This document shows, piece after piece, positions 8,299 through 15,500 of a stretch of 20,000 bases of DNA. The stretch comes from an uncultured virus (IMG/VR IMGVR_UViG_3300006116_000009) (taxonomy: Duplodnaviria > Heunggongvirae > Uroviricota > Caudoviricetes). Both the position numbers and the translations under genes were made by a program. Position 1 is the first letter of the stretch. Each line of letters begins with the position of its first letter. The stretch is from IMG/VR virus record IMGVR_UViG_3300006116_000009. One strand, given 5' to 3'. Below the pieces are notes generated by a model. That model saw only the letters and a program-made list of their open reading frames with translations. It was not told the DNA's origin and searched no databases.

Positions 8299-8747
8299 TA
8301 GTACTTCTTACTGCGATACGCCCCTACGCCACCAGCGCCAGCGTCAGGAATACCGTTTTCGTGGTCGTACTTTTCTGCTTCCCACGTTGCCTTAGCAGCC
8401 TTACGTGGCGTAAAGTGGGTCACTTTTTCAGCAGGGGTAGTCTTTCGCTCCCCAGCACCACCAGATGAAATAAAGTGTTCGAGAAATGCCTTGCGATGCA
8501 GTGCTTCACCAACTTTGTCGCCACGAACACGGGCTGCGACTTCGGCGGATTTGTGATGTGACAGCATGATGTCATGCTGACGTTCAAATTCGCCAGCCTG
8601 CTTAGCGTTAAAGTTCGGCATTGAGTCTTTGTCATCAGAAATACTTTGCGCCTTGTCAGTCCACTGATTTCCCTCAAATGGGTGACCGACCACAGCCCCC
8701 TTTGTCAAGGGATATAAAAGACCGTTGGTAGAAAAGTCATGCGTCAT
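8298..8747 (-). CDS. Leader-family protein 5, 149 aa
   Basis: MTHDFSTNGLLYPLTKGAVVGHPFEGNQW, QHDIMLSHH..LHRKAFLEH. Leaderless -10 lies 6 nt upstream. Confidence 0.82.
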   Translation of the reverse strand: MTHDFSTNGLLYPLTKGAVVGHPFEGNQWTDKAQSISDDKDSMPNFNAKQAGEFERQHDIMLSHHKSAEVAARVRGDKVGEALHRKAFLEHFISSGGAGERKTTPAEKVTHFTPRKAAKATWEAEKYDHENGIPDAGAGGVGAYRSKKY

Positions 8748-8753
8748 AAAACA

Positions 8754-8795
8754 AGGATACCAACGAATACCAAAATCCTAAATGTGGTTTATTAT
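8754..8795. promoter_or_regulatory. Back-to-back divergent leaderless promoters
   Basis: Minus strand TG-G-TATCCT (8759-8754) is 6 nt from ATG 8747. Plus strand TATTAT (8790-8795) is 7 nt from ATG 8803. Neither has an SD. Confidence 0.65.
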
Positions 8796-8802
8796 GGGCG
8801 GT

Positions 8803-9336
8803 ATGACTAGCAACCCTTTCTCCACCGAAAACCTTGTTCCTACTTGGGCGGTCGCTAGTGAAATCTTGAAAGGCGACACACAAGGACACCCATTTCGAGG
8901 CAATCAGTTCACCCACGCCGATGCCATTGACATGGAAAAGGACGCTCAGCAGTCGCTTGACGAGGGACACAAGAACTACGTAAGCGCCGACGATTACGAG
9001 GGTGAAGATGACACCACAGTCCCCTACGGCGACACGTATGTTTCTCTCGGCGGAGGCGGCGCATGGGAGGGTCACAACGACGATGTAGCCGAAAACGCTA
9101 GAAAATTTGAGGACGCCGCCGGTGGTTTTAGGGACGCTGCTGAAATTCACTTGGGGTTGGCTTCTCGAGCGACGAACGCCAATGACGCTATTTTCCACAC
9201 CAACGAAGCGCACCGCCTAAATCGAGCCGCTGATAGTGCGGAAGAATACATGGACGACCAAAATGACCAAAAAGTTTCTGACCCAGATGAACCTACTTTT
9301 GACCCACCAGATTACGACTACGACCCCTACTACTAA
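8803..9336 (+). CDS. Leader-family protein 6, 177 aa, very acidic
   Basis: MTSNPFSTENLVPTWAVASEILKGDTQGHPFRGNQF. ATG 8803 chosen by alignment with its paralog and by promoter spacing. Confidence 0.82.
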   Translation: MTSNPFSTENLVPTWAVASEILKGDTQGHPFRGNQFTHADAIDMEKDAQQSLDEGHKNYVSADDYEGEDDTTVPYGDTYVSLGGGGAWEGHNDDVAENARKFEDAAGGFRDAAEIHLGLASRATNANDAIFHTNEAHRLNRAADSAEEYMDDQNDQKVSDPDEPTFDPPDYDYDPYY

Positions 9337-9351
9337 GTAGTGAAATAACTA
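9337..9351 (+). repeat. 15-bp direct repeat copy 1, GTAGTGAAATAACTA
   Basis: Forms the entire spacer between TAA 9336 and ATG 9352. Identical to 9877-9891. Confidence 0.9.
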
Positions 9352-9876
9352 ATGACAAATCCATTTGACACAAACAATCTTGTTCCTACGTGGTCTAATA
9401 CTGGAAAAATCTTGAAGGGCGACTTTAACGGACACCCTTTCCATGGAAACCAATGGGAACAAGCAAGCCAAATCCGTCAGGACGCACACGAACTTGCAAC
9501 AAAAGCAATTCAAGCCGATGCGCACGTTGATAACGGCGACTATGAAGAAGCAATGAAATTGCACAGTGACATTGAGGACGGTCACAGGGAACTAGCAAAA
9601 GCGTTGCGTGGCATGGTTGTTAATAGCACGCATGACGTTTATGCCAATAAAAACGCCAAACTTACTGCTGCCGCTGATGCCCACGAAAAAGCCGCCGATT
9701 TGCACAGCGAGGCACGAGGTCTACACGCCGACGAAGCAGGTTTCGTGCAACAGTATGACTGGGAAAGCGGCCCAATGTATGACCCACCAACCGCCGGCGG
9801 TGAAGCCACGTGGGACGCAGATAAAGCCAGCAGTGACGCTGCAGCACTAACTGACACGGCGTTGAAGGGTCTGTAG
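9352..9876 (+). CDS. Leader-family protein 7, 174 aa
   Basis: MTNPFDTNNLVPTWSNTGKILKGDFNGHPFHGNQW, LHSDIEDGH..AADAHEKAADLH. Confidence 0.85.
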   Translation: MTNPFDTNNLVPTWSNTGKILKGDFNGHPFHGNQWEQASQIRQDAHELATKAIQADAHVDNGDYEEAMKLHSDIEDGHRELAKALRGMVVNSTHDVYANKNAKLTAAADAHEKAADLHSEARGLHADEAGFVQQYDWESGPMYDPPTAGGEATWDADKASSDAAALTDTALKGL

Positions 9877-9891
9877 GTAGTGAAATAACTA
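9877..9891 (+). repeat. 15-bp direct repeat copy 2, GTAGTGAAATAACTA
   Basis: Begins immediately after TAG 9876. Identical to 9337-9351. Confidence 0.9.
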
Positions 9892-9907
9892 CTGTAGGGT
9901 AGTAGTT

Positions 9908-11110
9908 ATGAACATCAACGTCAATGCTGAACTAGTACCCATTGAGTCCATCAAGCCCCACCCACAAAATCCCCGTTTGGGCGACGTGGTGGCAATCGCT
10001 GAATCACTGGAAGTAAACGGGCAGTACAGCCCCGTTGTAGTTTGGAACGACACCATTATTGCTGGCACCCACACGTGGAAGGCAGCCAAGTCGTTGGGGT
10101 GGAAAGAAATCGCCATCACCAAGTTCCAAGGAAGCGAAGACGACGCATTACGGGTGCTTATTACCGACAATCGCACGTCAGACATAGCGAACTACCACAA
10201 TGACCTATTGCTTGACCTGTTGCGCAGTTTGCCTACTTTGGAAGGTACGGGCTACGACACCGCATTTCTAGATGAATTAGACGGGGTGTTCCAAGATGGC
10301 GGTGGGGGCGTATCCCACGACCCGTTGGTGGACGAACAAGAGGAAAAGACGGAACCGAACCCCATTATTCGTTTCGGTGCCGTTTTCACCGGCGAACTAG
10401 ACCCCGTAATCTACGGCATTTGGTTGGACAGCATCAAGGACGCAGTTGGCGATAAGAAAGCCAAGGTAACTAGTGAAATCCGTGACCGCCTAGACATTCC
10501 CCGTGAAGCCAAGCCCAAGGCAAGCAAGACCAAAGTAGGAAAGTCGGAAACCCCCAAAGTCTCGATGGTGGAAACCACGCTCGTCCCCCTGTCGGAACTC
10601 CGTCGCTACCCTTCCAATCCCCGTGAAGGCGACATCGGCGCAATCAGCGAAAGCCTGCGTATCCTCGGGCAGTATCGCCCCATCGTGGTCAACAAGCGCA
10701 ACAACCAAATCCTCAAGGGCAACCACACCGCAGCAGCAGCATCAGCACTCGGCTGGAGCGAAGTAGCGGTTGTCTGGGTAGACGTGGACGACGAACAGGC
10801 GACCCGTATCGTGCTGGCAGACAACCGTATTGCAGACAAAGCCACCTACGACAATGAACTACTAGTCACCGCCGTATCGTCGCTGAAATCCCTAGACGGG
10901 TCGGGTTTTGACGATGACGACTTGGCAGACATCGCTAAGGGCAAGGAAATTCAACAAAACTCCGTCAAGGTCAAGTTCCAAGTCGGTGATAGCAAATTTA
11001 GTATCACGGACGACCTGTATCAGACGTGGCTTGGTGAAACCAGCGTTCCCGACGAGGCGTTGGCAAGACTAGGACTGCCCCTTTCAGCACTGCTACGTGA
11101 AGGAAACTAA
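9908..11110 (+). CDS. Protein with two tandem ParB/sulfiredoxin-like N-terminal domains
   Basis: VPIESIKPHPQNPRLGDV..IAESL..GQYSPVVV..IIAGTHTWKAA..ITDNR is repeated as VPLSELRRYPSNPREGDI..ISESL..GQYRPIVV..ILKGNHTAAAA..LADNR. TAGGGT -10 lies 7 nt before the ATG. Confidence 0.88.
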   Translation: MNINVNAELVPIESIKPHPQNPRLGDVVAIAESLEVNGQYSPVVVWNDTIIAGTHTWKAAKSLGWKEIAITKFQGSEDDALRVLITDNRTSDIANYHNDLLLDLLRSLPTLEGTGYDTAFLDELDGVFQDGGGGVSHDPLVDEQEEKTEPNPIIRFGAVFTGELDPVIYGIWLDSIKDAVGDKKAKVTSEIRDRLDIPREAKPKASKTKVGKSETPKVSMVETTLVPLSELRRYPSNPREGDIGAISESLRILGQYRPIVVNKRNNQILKGNHTAAAASALGWSEVAVVWVDVDDEQATRIVLADNRIADKATYDNELLVTAVSSLKSLDGSGFDDDDLADIAKGKEIQQNSVKVKFQVGDSKFSITDDLYQTWLGETSVPDEALARLGLPLSALLREGN

Positions 11111-11158
11111 ACCGCAAAACCCGTTGTAGCATTTAGTGAATCTAAAGGAGCAAACCCT

Positions 11159-12331
11159 ATGTCATCTGGCTTCCACACTAACGAACTAATGAAATCGCTT
11201 AGTCGCTACCCTGTTGCCAAGGGCGGCCCTGGCTCCGGCCCACGCCCCGGACAGGGTGGTGGTGTAGAAAGCCACGCTTACAAGGCTGGACAGCACTGGC
11301 AAGTCGCCACCGCCTTGACGGGCATGGCTCGTGAAGAAACCGACCCTAAACTTCGGGACTTACTGCTTCGTGCTGCCGAAGCACACGTACGTGCTGGCGG
11401 AGCGCACTTGGACGCAGACAACCACCCCAATGACCCCACTGCCGAGAACCTTGCCCAACAATACACCACTGCCGCAACGGAAGCAAGCCGTGCCGCAGGT
11501 CGCTACGAACGACCTAGGGGCGAACGAGAATACTCCGATAGCGTAAATAAGGGCGCACAACGGGGACACCCATTTGAGGGAAACCAATACACCCCTATGG
11601 GGTCACAGGCACAAGCAATAGAAAATCGTGCTGAAAGTATGTTTCACCGTGACGCTAATGGTCCGGAGCGCAACACTTGGGGCGGAAACACCGATAAAGA
11701 TTTTGAGGACATTGTTTCTGCGCACAAGCAACTCGAGGCTGACCACCGTGCTGCCGCTGCTAGTGAATACGCAAAGGGAAACACCAAGGCAGGCGACCTG
11801 CACATTGCCGCTGCTCGGGCGCACGGTGACGCTGGGGACGCATGGCGGAATTCAAGAGCCGCTACAGGTCTTGCTTTCGCTCCTAATTATTCTTTTGCTG
11901 CTTACAGTCGGTCAGGAGATGCTACACGTGCTACCAATCATGCCGTAAGCAATTCATCCCCAGATGGTGTTTCCAAGGGCGCACAACCGGGTCACACATT
12001 TGAGGGCAACCAATACGTTTCGGGTAGCAACCAAGCATCTGAAGCACGTCGCCTTGCCGATGCCGTAAAGGACGGTTCCGCCGACCACTTTACCGCTGAA
12101 GGGCAACACCGTGTGATTGCCCGTGCTTGCGAGGAACAAGCAAAGTCGGCTAGTGAAAACGGATTGAAGCGCCTCGCCAATGCGTACACCAAGGCCGCTA
12201 AGTTGCACCGTGATGCTTCAGCCGCTCACGTGAATAATTTGGTTATTGTGAATGGCAAGGCAGACCCCGTAAAGGCAAGTGAAGCCGCTGCTAAGGCTTC
12301 GGAACACGCTGACGACCTGAACTACGCATAG
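11159..12331 (+). CDS. Leader-family protein 8, 390 aa, three His/Ala modules each preceded by V-x-K-G
   Basis: RBS AAAGGAG. Sequence MSSGFHTNELMKSLSRYPVAKGGPGSG, VNKGAQRGHPFEGNQY, VSKGAQPGHTFEGNQY. Confidence 0.88.
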   Translation: MSSGFHTNELMKSLSRYPVAKGGPGSGPRPGQGGGVESHAYKAGQHWQVATALTGMAREETDPKLRDLLLRAAEAHVRAGGAHLDADNHPNDPTAENLAQQYTTAATEASRAAGRYERPRGEREYSDSVNKGAQRGHPFEGNQYTPMGSQAQAIENRAESMFHRDANGPERNTWGGNTDKDFEDIVSAHKQLEADHRAAAASEYAKGNTKAGDLHIAAARAHGDAGDAWRNSRAATGLAFAPNYSFAAYSRSGDATRATNHAVSNSSPDGVSKGAQPGHTFEGNQYVSGSNQASEARRLADAVKDGSADHFTAEGQHRVIARACEEQAKSASENGLKRLANAYTKAAKLHRDASAAHVNNLVIVNGKADPVKASEAAAKASEHADDLNYA

Positions 12332-12333
12332 TC

Positions 12334-12546
12334 GTGTGGTCTTGGGTTCTTAGCCTATTAGGTATCCTTTGCACGGTACTTATTGGTAAAAAGTATTGGT
12401 GGGCGTGGTTGATTTCTAACTGCGTGAACGTCCTTTGGATTATCTTTTCCATCACCACCAAGCAGTATGGTTTCTTGCTAACCAGCGTTGTGTATGCCGT
12501 GTTGTATTGGAACAACATGGTGAAATGGCGTAACGGAAAAGATTAG
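12334..12546 (+). CDS. Small three-TM membrane protein resembling the half-size PnuC-like nicotinamide riboside transporters of actinophages
   Basis: WSWVLSLLG..GKKYWWAWLI..VLWIIFSITTKQYGFL..Y..W, with three hydrophobic segments in 70 aa. Confidence 0.6.
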   Translation: MWSWVLSLLGILCTVLIGKKYWWAWLISNCVNVLWIIFSITTKQYGFLLTSVVYAVLYWNNMVKWRNGKD

Positions 12547-12552
12547 GAACCC

Positions 12553-12580
12553 TTGACATTGTTCTAATCCCGTCTAACGT
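12553..12580 (+). promoter_or_regulatory. Putative leaderless promoter
   Basis: TTGACA (12553-12558), 16 nt, TAACGT (12575-12580), GTG 5 nt later. Confidence 0.55.
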
Positions 12581-12585
12581 TAGGC

Positions 12586-13005
12586 GTGTCACTCAAAGAC
12601 CCAGATAAGCGTCGTGAATATGACCGACAGCGCAAGCGTGAACTACGGGAAAAAGACCGTGATGCGTTCAACCAAAGCCAGCGTGAATACTACGCCGACA
12701 ATAGTGACCGCATAAAAGAACAAGTCACCAAGCGTCGCAAAGCCAATCGTGCAAGGATACGCAAGTATCTGAACGAGGTGAAATCTAAAGAATGTTCGGA
12801 CTGCGGATTTGTGTATCCGCCCCACTGCATGGACTTTGACCACCTAAGCGATAAGCATTTCAACGTAAGCGAAGCCGCTTCGGGCAACTATTCGCTAGAA
12901 ACCATCAAGGCAGAAGTAGCCAAGTGTGAAGTGGTGTGTTCCAACTGTCACCGTGAACGCACCCACCAACGTCGAAATAAAAAGAAACACCCACCGGCTG
13001 CTTGA
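12586..13005 (+). CDS. HNH endonuclease with basic helical N-terminus
   Basis: CSDC..MDFDH..KHFNVS..EVAKCEVVCSNCHRERT. Confidence 0.88.
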   Translation: MSLKDPDKRREYDRQRKRELREKDRDAFNQSQREYYADNSDRIKEQVTKRRKANRARIRKYLNEVKSKECSDCGFVYPPHCMDFDHLSDKHFNVSEAASGNYSLETIKAEVAKCEVVCSNCHRERTHQRRNKKKHPPAA

Positions 13006-13030
13006 TTTCATTATCTAACCCTGATACAGT
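13002..13030 (+). promoter_or_regulatory. Putative leaderless promoter
   Basis: TTGATT (13002-13007), 17 nt, TACAGT (13025-13030) with TG extension, GTG 13038 7 nt later. Confidence 0.6.
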
Positions 13031-13037
13031 AGCGATT

Positions 13038-13424
13038 GTGCAAGAACCCGGATACCCAGACGAAGCGACTATTGCTTCTATCCAACACCAAGCGGAAAAA
13101 CTAGGGTATCTAGTTGCACAGGTAGAAACCTTGTTTGACCAGCGTGTTCGTTGGGAACGCCACCGTGAAACAGTGCGCCATTCCACCAAGTCCACTGGCG
13201 ACCTTAGCGAATGGATGACGGCACAGATTTCGTCCGAGGAACTAGCCGAACGTGCCGCTGTGTTGTTACAGGAAACGTCGGATAAGTACGACCACATCAA
13301 GGCGAACTACCAGCACAACATCAACACCCTGAACCAAATGGTGTTAGACAGCATCAACCGTGGCAAGTCGCAAGCCAATGAACTAGATGAAACCCTTAGT
13401 GAAATACTGAAAGAAGGCAAATAA
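13038..13424 (+). CDS. Hypothetical coiled-coil protein
   Basis: ORF 13002..13424. Start moved to GTG 13038 on promoter geometry. Confidence 0.7.
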   Translation: MQEPGYPDEATIASIQHQAEKLGYLVAQVETLFDQRVRWERHRETVRHSTKSTGDLSEWMTAQISSEELAERAAVLLQETSDKYDHIKANYQHNINTLNQMVLDSINRGKSQANELDETLSEILKEGK

Positions 13425-13888
13425 TGTCAAGCGAATTCCCACACAACAAGTGGAGCGAACACAACAAGTGGAGCGACCCAAAGAAGTACCCCCACAACGG
13501 TTGGTATCCCGAACCCACGATTACTGACCTGTACAGCGCAATCAACGGGCTGAAGAAGCAAGTCGAAGTCCTTGTTGAGCAAAACCGTGACACTTTGAAC
13601 TTGTTAATGGAAATTGTCGGTGGCGAAGAAGAAAACGAAGAAATTGGCATTGTCGAAGTGGTGTTGGTAGAAAACGGCTACGACATTGCTGAGGAAGAAA
13701 GTGGTTGCGGTGAAAACTGCAAGTGCAAGCCACAGTTCCCATTGGGCGGAGAAACCCCCCTCGACGATGTTTGCATTTGGTTGGAACAGCAAATTGACAT
13801 CTGGGGTCGCAACGACGAAACCCGTGCAGTTGGCTACCAGCACACCTTGGAACACATCAAGCGCCTACAAAAGTACATTGGCGAATAG
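13424..13888 (+). CDS. Hypothetical acidic protein with short coiled coil and CGENCKC cluster
   Basis: ATG overlaps the upstream TAA and has RBS GAAGG. 154 aa. Confidence 0.75.
   Translation: MSSEFPHNKWSEHNKWSDPKKYPHNGWYPEPTITDLYSAINGLKKQVEVLVEQNRDTLNLLMEIVGGEEENEEIGIVEVVLVENGYDIAEEESGCGENCKCKPQFPLGGETPLDDVCIWLEQQIDIWGRNDETRAVGYQHTLEHIKRLQKYIGE
13441..13476 (+). repeat. Perfect in-frame 18-bp tandem duplication
   Basis: ACACAACAAGTGGAGCGA x2, encoding HNKWSE-HNKWSD. Confidence 0.9.
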
Positions 13889-13934
13889 TTGCCATGTCAC
13901 GGGTCATTGGGTACGGCATTTGTTCTAAGTGCCA

Positions 13935-13958
13935 CCAGTCAATTCAATTACTGACTGG
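13935..13958. terminator. Possible intergenic hairpin or terminator
   Basis: CCAGTCA-N10-TGACTGG in the gap between genes. No U-tract. Confidence 0.3.
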
Positions 13959-14039
13959 CGAAACTGATTACGTTCACCAAACCCCTGACATAACCCACGA
14001 ACCCACACTAAAAATGTGGGACAACGATTGGATTGTGTA

Positions 14040-14609
14040 GTGAAATCAAACACCTTTGGCGTTCCAATTATTGGCATTACCGGATATGCGCAAAGTGGCA
14101 AAAGTACATTGGGCGAACTGATTGTTCACCACAACGGGGCGCACCACGCCAACTTTGCCGATTTGATGCGTGACTTTCTGTACGCCATAAACCCACTAGT
14201 CACCCCCAAGTCACGTGTTCAAGACCTTGTAGACCACCTTGGTTGGGAACGGGCAAAAGTGGGATACCCCGAAGTACGCCAACTAATGCAACGTCTTGGC
14301 ACTGACGCTGGACGCAAACTGTTTGGTGAAACCTTTTGGGTAGACCAATTCTTTGCCAACGTGGGCAAGACAGACCTTCTGGTTATTTCTGACGTGCGAT
14401 TTCCAAACGAAGCGCAAGCCATCAAAGACCGTGGTGGAATCATCGTGCGCATTGTCCGTGACGGCTACGAACCTGTGAACGCACACGTTAGCGAAACGTC
14501 ATACAACGACCAAGATTTCACTATTTACAACGACGCAAAACCTGATGACTTGTACGTGTTTTTTCGCAACGCATTTGCTACATACTTGACAAACACCACT
14601 AAACCGTGA
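14040..14609 (+). CDS. Deoxynucleoside monophosphate kinase (T4 gp1-like family)
   Basis: IIGITGYAQSGKST P-loop, FAD, RQLMQRLGT..GR, ISDVRFPNE, HVSE. Start uncertain (GTG 14016 or 14040). Confidence 0.88.
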   Translation: MKSNTFGVPIIGITGYAQSGKSTLGELIVHHNGAHHANFADLMRDFLYAINPLVTPKSRVQDLVDHLGWERAKVGYPEVRQLMQRLGTDAGRKLFGETFWVDQFFANVGKTDLLVISDVRFPNEAQAIKDRGGIIVRIVRDGYEPVNAHVSETSYNDQDFTIYNDAKPDDLYVFFRNAFATYLTNTTKP

Positions 14610-14615
14610 TACGGT
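14586..14615 (+). promoter_or_regulatory. Putative promoter for the secreted protein
   Basis: TTGACA (14586-14591), 18 nt, TACGGT (14610-14615) with TG extension, followed by RBS AAAGGAAAG. Confidence 0.6.
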
Positions 14616-14644
14616 TAGTCATTACCCAACCAAAGGAAAGACAA

Positions 14645-15082
14645 ATGATTAGCAAGACCAAGAAGTTCGCATTAGCAATTGCTATTGCGTCCGTTGTATT
14701 ACCCGTTCTACCGGCAAGTGCTAGCACGTCAAGCAAGTATTACTCGTGGAAGCGTGCCACGTTGCCCATTATTTCTAAGACGGTAAACGATTACTCGTCC
14801 TTGACCATTGACCTTACGAACGGCAACGCTAGTAGCGCATCGGCAGACCTGACCACACTGGGCAACGACGCACGGGCAATTAACAACCACGCCAACTCGC
14901 CCGACTACACCCTGAACCTCAAGGTGAACAACCTTGCCATTGCGTTGGCAAACCTTGCGTCGGTTGGTCAGACCACCCTGAACGGTGGCTCGCTTGGACC
15001 GTGGCGCAACGCCCTTGTTCGATGGAACAACGCCGAGACTGCGTTCACCAACCGTTTGTCATACGACAACAACCGCTGGTAA
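14645..15082 (+). CDS. Secreted helical protein with Sec signal peptide
   Basis: MISKTKKFALAIAIASVVLPVLPASA/ST has n, h and c regions with an AxA site. ATG 14645 has a strong RBS. Confidence 0.8.
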   Translation: MISKTKKFALAIAIASVVLPVLPASASTSSKYYSWKRATLPIISKTVNDYSSLTIDLTNGNASSASADLTTLGNDARAINNHANSPDYTLNLKVNNLAIALANLASVGQTTLNGGSLGPWRNALVRWNNAETAFTNRLSYDNNRW

Positions 15083-15085
15083 AAA

Positions 15086-15322
15086 GTGTCCATCTGGGCG
15101 GTGGTAGCAGTATCTTTGCTATCAGGTATCTGCATAGGTATCGGCGTTAGTATCACTTTTCTTCAGAAAAAATCTAACGAATACGCTAAAATGTTCCCAC
15201 CGCCCGGTTGGGATAGTCGTGCTAAGAAGTGCCACGACGTGACCCTTGTAGCAAGTGGCGGATTACTCCACCACACCACTTGCTGGTGTCACGAAAGGCG
15301 CAAACATGAAAACACTGATTGA
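15086..15322 (+). CDS. Small single-TM protein with C-terminal Cys/His cluster
   Basis: Hydrophobic residues 3-26, then KCHD..HHTTCWCH. Confidence 0.7.
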   Translation: MSIWAVVAVSLLSGICIGIGVSITFLQKKSNEYAKMFPPPGWDSRAKKCHDVTLVASGGLLHHTTCWCHERRKHENTD

Positions 15323-15458
15323 AGCACTAAAGAAGAAGCGAAACGACAGTTGGTTCTTTTCACCACGTGACCAACGTTGCGTTCGTTGCGGTTACATCCA
15401 ACTTGACCACCACTTTTCCCCCTGTGCTTGCCACAAATTTAAGGGATACGCTGGCTAA
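15306..15458 (+). CDS. Small Zn-finger-like protein, 50 aa
   Basis: RBS GAAAGG and ATG 15306. Sequence CVRCG..DHH..CACHKF. Confidence 0.65.
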   Translation: MKTLIEALKKKRNDSWFFSPRDQRCVRCGYIQLDHHFSPCACHKFKGYAG

Positions 15459-15500
15459 ATAGCCACCCCTTGCCTCACCAACCCTGCTAGAGTTATTGGC

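Noticed and set aside
9337..9891. Direct repeats considered as a CRISPR array or integron attC sites
   Set aside because: There are only two 15-bp copies separated by a whole gene, with no palindromic structure and no cas or integrase gene in the window.
11549..12016. Near-identical 42-bp pair considered as a DGR template and variable repeat
   Set aside because: It is too short, the differences are not confined to adenines of one copy, both copies are in-frame coding, and no reverse transcriptase is present.
2338..13994. TGACATAAC seen near 2338, 6894 and 13986
   Set aside because: There are only three copies, one inside a CDS, with no consistent position. This is not separable from chance given multiple testing.
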